A stretch of DNA of 64,000 bases from positions 6,633 to 70,632 of the forward strand of contig DBPW01000014.1 in the NCBI GenBank assembly GCA_002305015.1, in the 5' to 3' direction. How positions within the stretch are numbered: the stretch's first letter is position 1; every line of letters begins with the position of its first letter. The stretch is from Bacteroidales bacterium UBA1410 (GTDB lineage: Bacteria > Bacteroidota > Bacteroidia > Bacteroidales > Dysgonomonadaceae). The notes beneath the pieces are model-generated. The model was not told the DNA's origin. It was given only the letters and a program-made list of their open reading frames with translations, and made no database searches. Positions 62,601 through 64,000 of the stretch are shown piece after piece. The position numbers and the translations under genes were made by a program.

Positions 62601-62949
62601 AACCGAGGATGAAATTTCGAACTTTTTGAAACGGCTGGAAGATCGCTTCGGGAAAATTCCAAGAGAGGGACTGGAATTAATCCAGATTGTAAGGCTCCGC
62701 CGACTGGCAAAAGCATTGGGAATAGAAAAAATTGTCCTTAAAAACCATCAAATGACGTTGTTTCTCATTTCAGATCCCCAGTCGCCGTATTATCAATCAA
62801 AAGCATTCGACAAGCTGCTCAATTACATTCAAATCCATCCTCGCGATTGTCAATTGCGGGAAGTAAACAAAAAACGCTCGGCTATCATCCGCAACGTGGA
62901 AACCGTTGAAACTGCCGTGGCAGTATTACAGGAAATGTCAACCGATTAA
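59614..62949 (+). CDS. mfd: Transcription-repair coupling factor
   Basis: UvrB-like N-region, RID (VVH.DHGIG), GDVGFGKT, DEEQ, QLRGRVGR, TRG motif; TTG start at 59614 or 59626. Confidence 0.98.
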   Translation: MFSILDISQLQQIFEKHPNIAASADLLKKVQVLSVRQLQGSSCAIFAVGLFHKFPQTYLYILNDAETAGYFYHDLTQIIGTQEILFFPSAYKRAAKYGQIDPANEILRTETLNRIQSKKFPFIIVSYPDALAEKTVSRDTLQKNTLRLSTGEKVDSSFVSQVLDSYRFQRVDYVYEPGQYAVRGSILDVFSFSSEYPYRIDFFGDEVETIRSFDVETQLSKEKLSDISIVPELGLSESKNATLFDLIPQETIIGTENIQWITSRISAINEDELHIHPQEVDFVKADLISRDEFLSAIKPFKQIRFDANMSDIPDAALDFHTSPQPLYHKNFELLSESMHHFLDEGYTIYILSDSEKQQKRLHDIFEDRNDDIPFTPVNKTLHAGFSDETLKICCFTDHQIFDRFHKYNLKSDKARSGKIALTLKELNQLQPGDYVVHMDHGIGKFAGLVRLRIGDQVQEVIKLTYQNNDAVFVSIHSLHKISKYKGKEGEPPQLNKLGSGAWERVKERTKSKIKDIARDLIKLYAQRQHERGHAFTKDTYLQNELEASFMYEDTPDQLKATQDVKNDMESERPMDRLICGDVGFGKTEIAIRAAFKAATDGKQTAVLVPTTTLATQHYHTFRDRLSNFPVKVDYLSRARSSKEQKAILKELKEGNIDIIIGTHRLVGKDVKFHDLGLLIIDEEQKFGVSTKEKLRQIKVNVDTLTMTATPIPRTLQFSLMGSRDLSIINTPPPNRYPVQTEVHTFDIELIKEAINFEISRNGQVFIVSNRIQFLYELEARIKKEMPDIRIAVGHGQMDPKKLEKIISDFIDQEYDVLLATTIIESGIDMPNVNTIIIINAQDFGLSDLHQLRGRVGRSNRKAFCYLLTPPLNTLSADARRRIQAIENFSELGSGIHIALQDLDIRGAGNLLGAEQSGFIAELGYETYQKILAEAIEELKREEFSDLYEEQQREKVLEEDFVTDVTVESDLGLMFPESYIPNDAERISIYRELDSIETEDEISNFLKRLEDRFGKIPREGLELIQIVRLRRLAKALGIEKIVLKNHQMTLFLISDPQSPYYQSKAFDKLLNYIQIHPRDCQLREVNKKRSAIIRNVETVETAVAVLQEMSTD

Positions 62950-62952
62950 TAG

Positions 62953-64000
62953 TTACAAAACTTTCAACAGCTCTTTTACAGCAGCTTCCAATTGTGTATC
63001 TTCGCCGTTAATGGCTTTATTCAGATCAAGCGGAACTTTCACGTCGGGTTCCAGCTGACTGTTTTCCAAATATGTTCCTTCGGCTGTGCGATAGCCAACA
63101 ACCGGAATTCCGAAATAAACCGTTGGATCTTGCAAGGTAACCCAGTTAACGCTCGTCATTGTACCGGGTACAGGCATGCCTACTAATTTACCGATTTTTT
63201 GGTTTTTATACACCCAGGGCGTGCCATGCGCATTAGAATAGTCGGCTTCCGTAATGAGCATGATCGAAGGCTTATTCCAACGCCGACTTGGCATTTCGCA
63301 ATATTCTTTGCCGCGAACTACTTGATCGAGATATTTCTTACCACTAAAAAATACTTCCAAGTCTTCATGTAACCGGCCTCCTCCATTATATCGGATATCT
63401 ATCACGATTCCTTCTTTTTTGTAATATTTCCCCAGCGCATCAGAATACATTTTTCTGAAACTTTCGTCACCCATCGAAGGAACATGAACGTACCCCAGCC
63501 GTCCATTGGAAAGGCGTTCTACCTCATCGGCACGTTGTTTTACCCAACGTTTATAAAGCAGATCATCCAACGCTCCTGCACTAATCGGCTTAATCACCTC
63601 ATCCCATCGTTCGCCTGTAGCCGGAGAATAAAGCGAAATCAGCGTATTTTTAGCCGCTTTCCCCTCTAATAGCGGAAAATAATCATCCTGAGGCAAAATT
63701 ACCTGTCCATCAATTTTTTCGATAATATCGCCTACCTTTGCCTTCGACTGAAAATTATCAAAAGGGCCGTTAATCAAGATCTCATCAATTTTCAATCCGT
63801 TTTTGTCTCCATTTGCGCTAACAAAAAGTCCAAGATTTGCCGTTTTTTCATCATTGCTTGGTGAACGATAACCCGATCCGGTATGAGACACATTGAGTTC
63901 GCCCAACATCTCAGACAACATTTCGGAGAAATCGTAATTATTATTGATAGAAGAAAGAAATTTACGATAATGATTGGTCAAACGTTCCCAATCGACACCA
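62953..64000 (-). CDS. Tricorn-type S41 peptidase, C-terminal part (5' end beyond window)
   Basis: Frame open to the window edge (GVDWERLTNHY), GELNVSH, PDZ, GYVHV, DIRYNGGG, YSNAH, EPD. Confidence 0.92.
   Translation of the reverse strand, partial: GVDWERLTNHYRKFLSSINNNYDFSEMLSEMLGELNVSHTGSGYRSPSNDEKTANLGLFVSANGDKNGLKIDEILINGPFDNFQSKAKVGDIIEKIDGQVILPQDDYFPLLEGKAAKNTLISLYSPATGERWDEVIKPISAGALDDLLYKRWVKQRADEVERLSNGRLGYVHVPSMGDESFRKMYSDALGKYYKKEGIVIDIRYNGGGRLHEDLEVFFSGKKYLDQVVRGKEYCEMPSRRWNKPSIMLITEADYSNAHGTPWVYKNQKIGKLVGMPVPGTMTSVNWVTLQDPTVYFGIPVVGYRTAEGTYLENSQLEPDVKVPLDLNKAINGEDTQLEAAVKELLKVL

Noticed and set aside
62953-63981. S41 gene as a short or pseudogenised ORF
   Set aside because: The frame is open to the window edge, so it is truncated by the window only

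Overview
Chromosomal backbone of a Bacteroidales bacterium. The taxonomy is inferred from TAnnTTTG promoters, a MurF-Alr fusion, a GT3 glycogen synthase and GSCFA/DUF5063 genes; a Dysgonomonadaceae-like organism is plausible. There are about 45 intact CDSs: corA, methylmalonyl-CoA mutase mutA/mutB split by a MenA-like and a CPBP gene, carAB, a galM-MFS-galK-NrtR galactose cluster, tetR-fabG-rluA, trpB2, a chromate transporter pair, maeB, pcm, topA, a heavy-metal RND efflux operon, nfeD-floA, an M16 peptidase, murF-alr, rlmI, glgP, glycogen synthase, mfd and a tricorn-type S41 protease cut by the window edge. I saw no tRNA, rRNA, CRISPR array, integrase or transposase. Five signals stand out. 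(1) A His/Cys-rich membrane-targeted leader ORF ending in an RSPP arrest-like motif sits in front of the metal efflux operon. (2) An isoaspartyl methyltransferase with a signal peptide is paired with a multi-TM methyltransferase-fold protein. (3) A promoter- and terminator-bounded 6S-like RNA lies at 24.7-25.0 kb. (4) A candidate sRNA of about 70 nt lies at 52.5 kb. (5) Two blocks of 11-bp phased repeats lie between tetR and trpB2. All calls come from reading the sequence; no searches were run.
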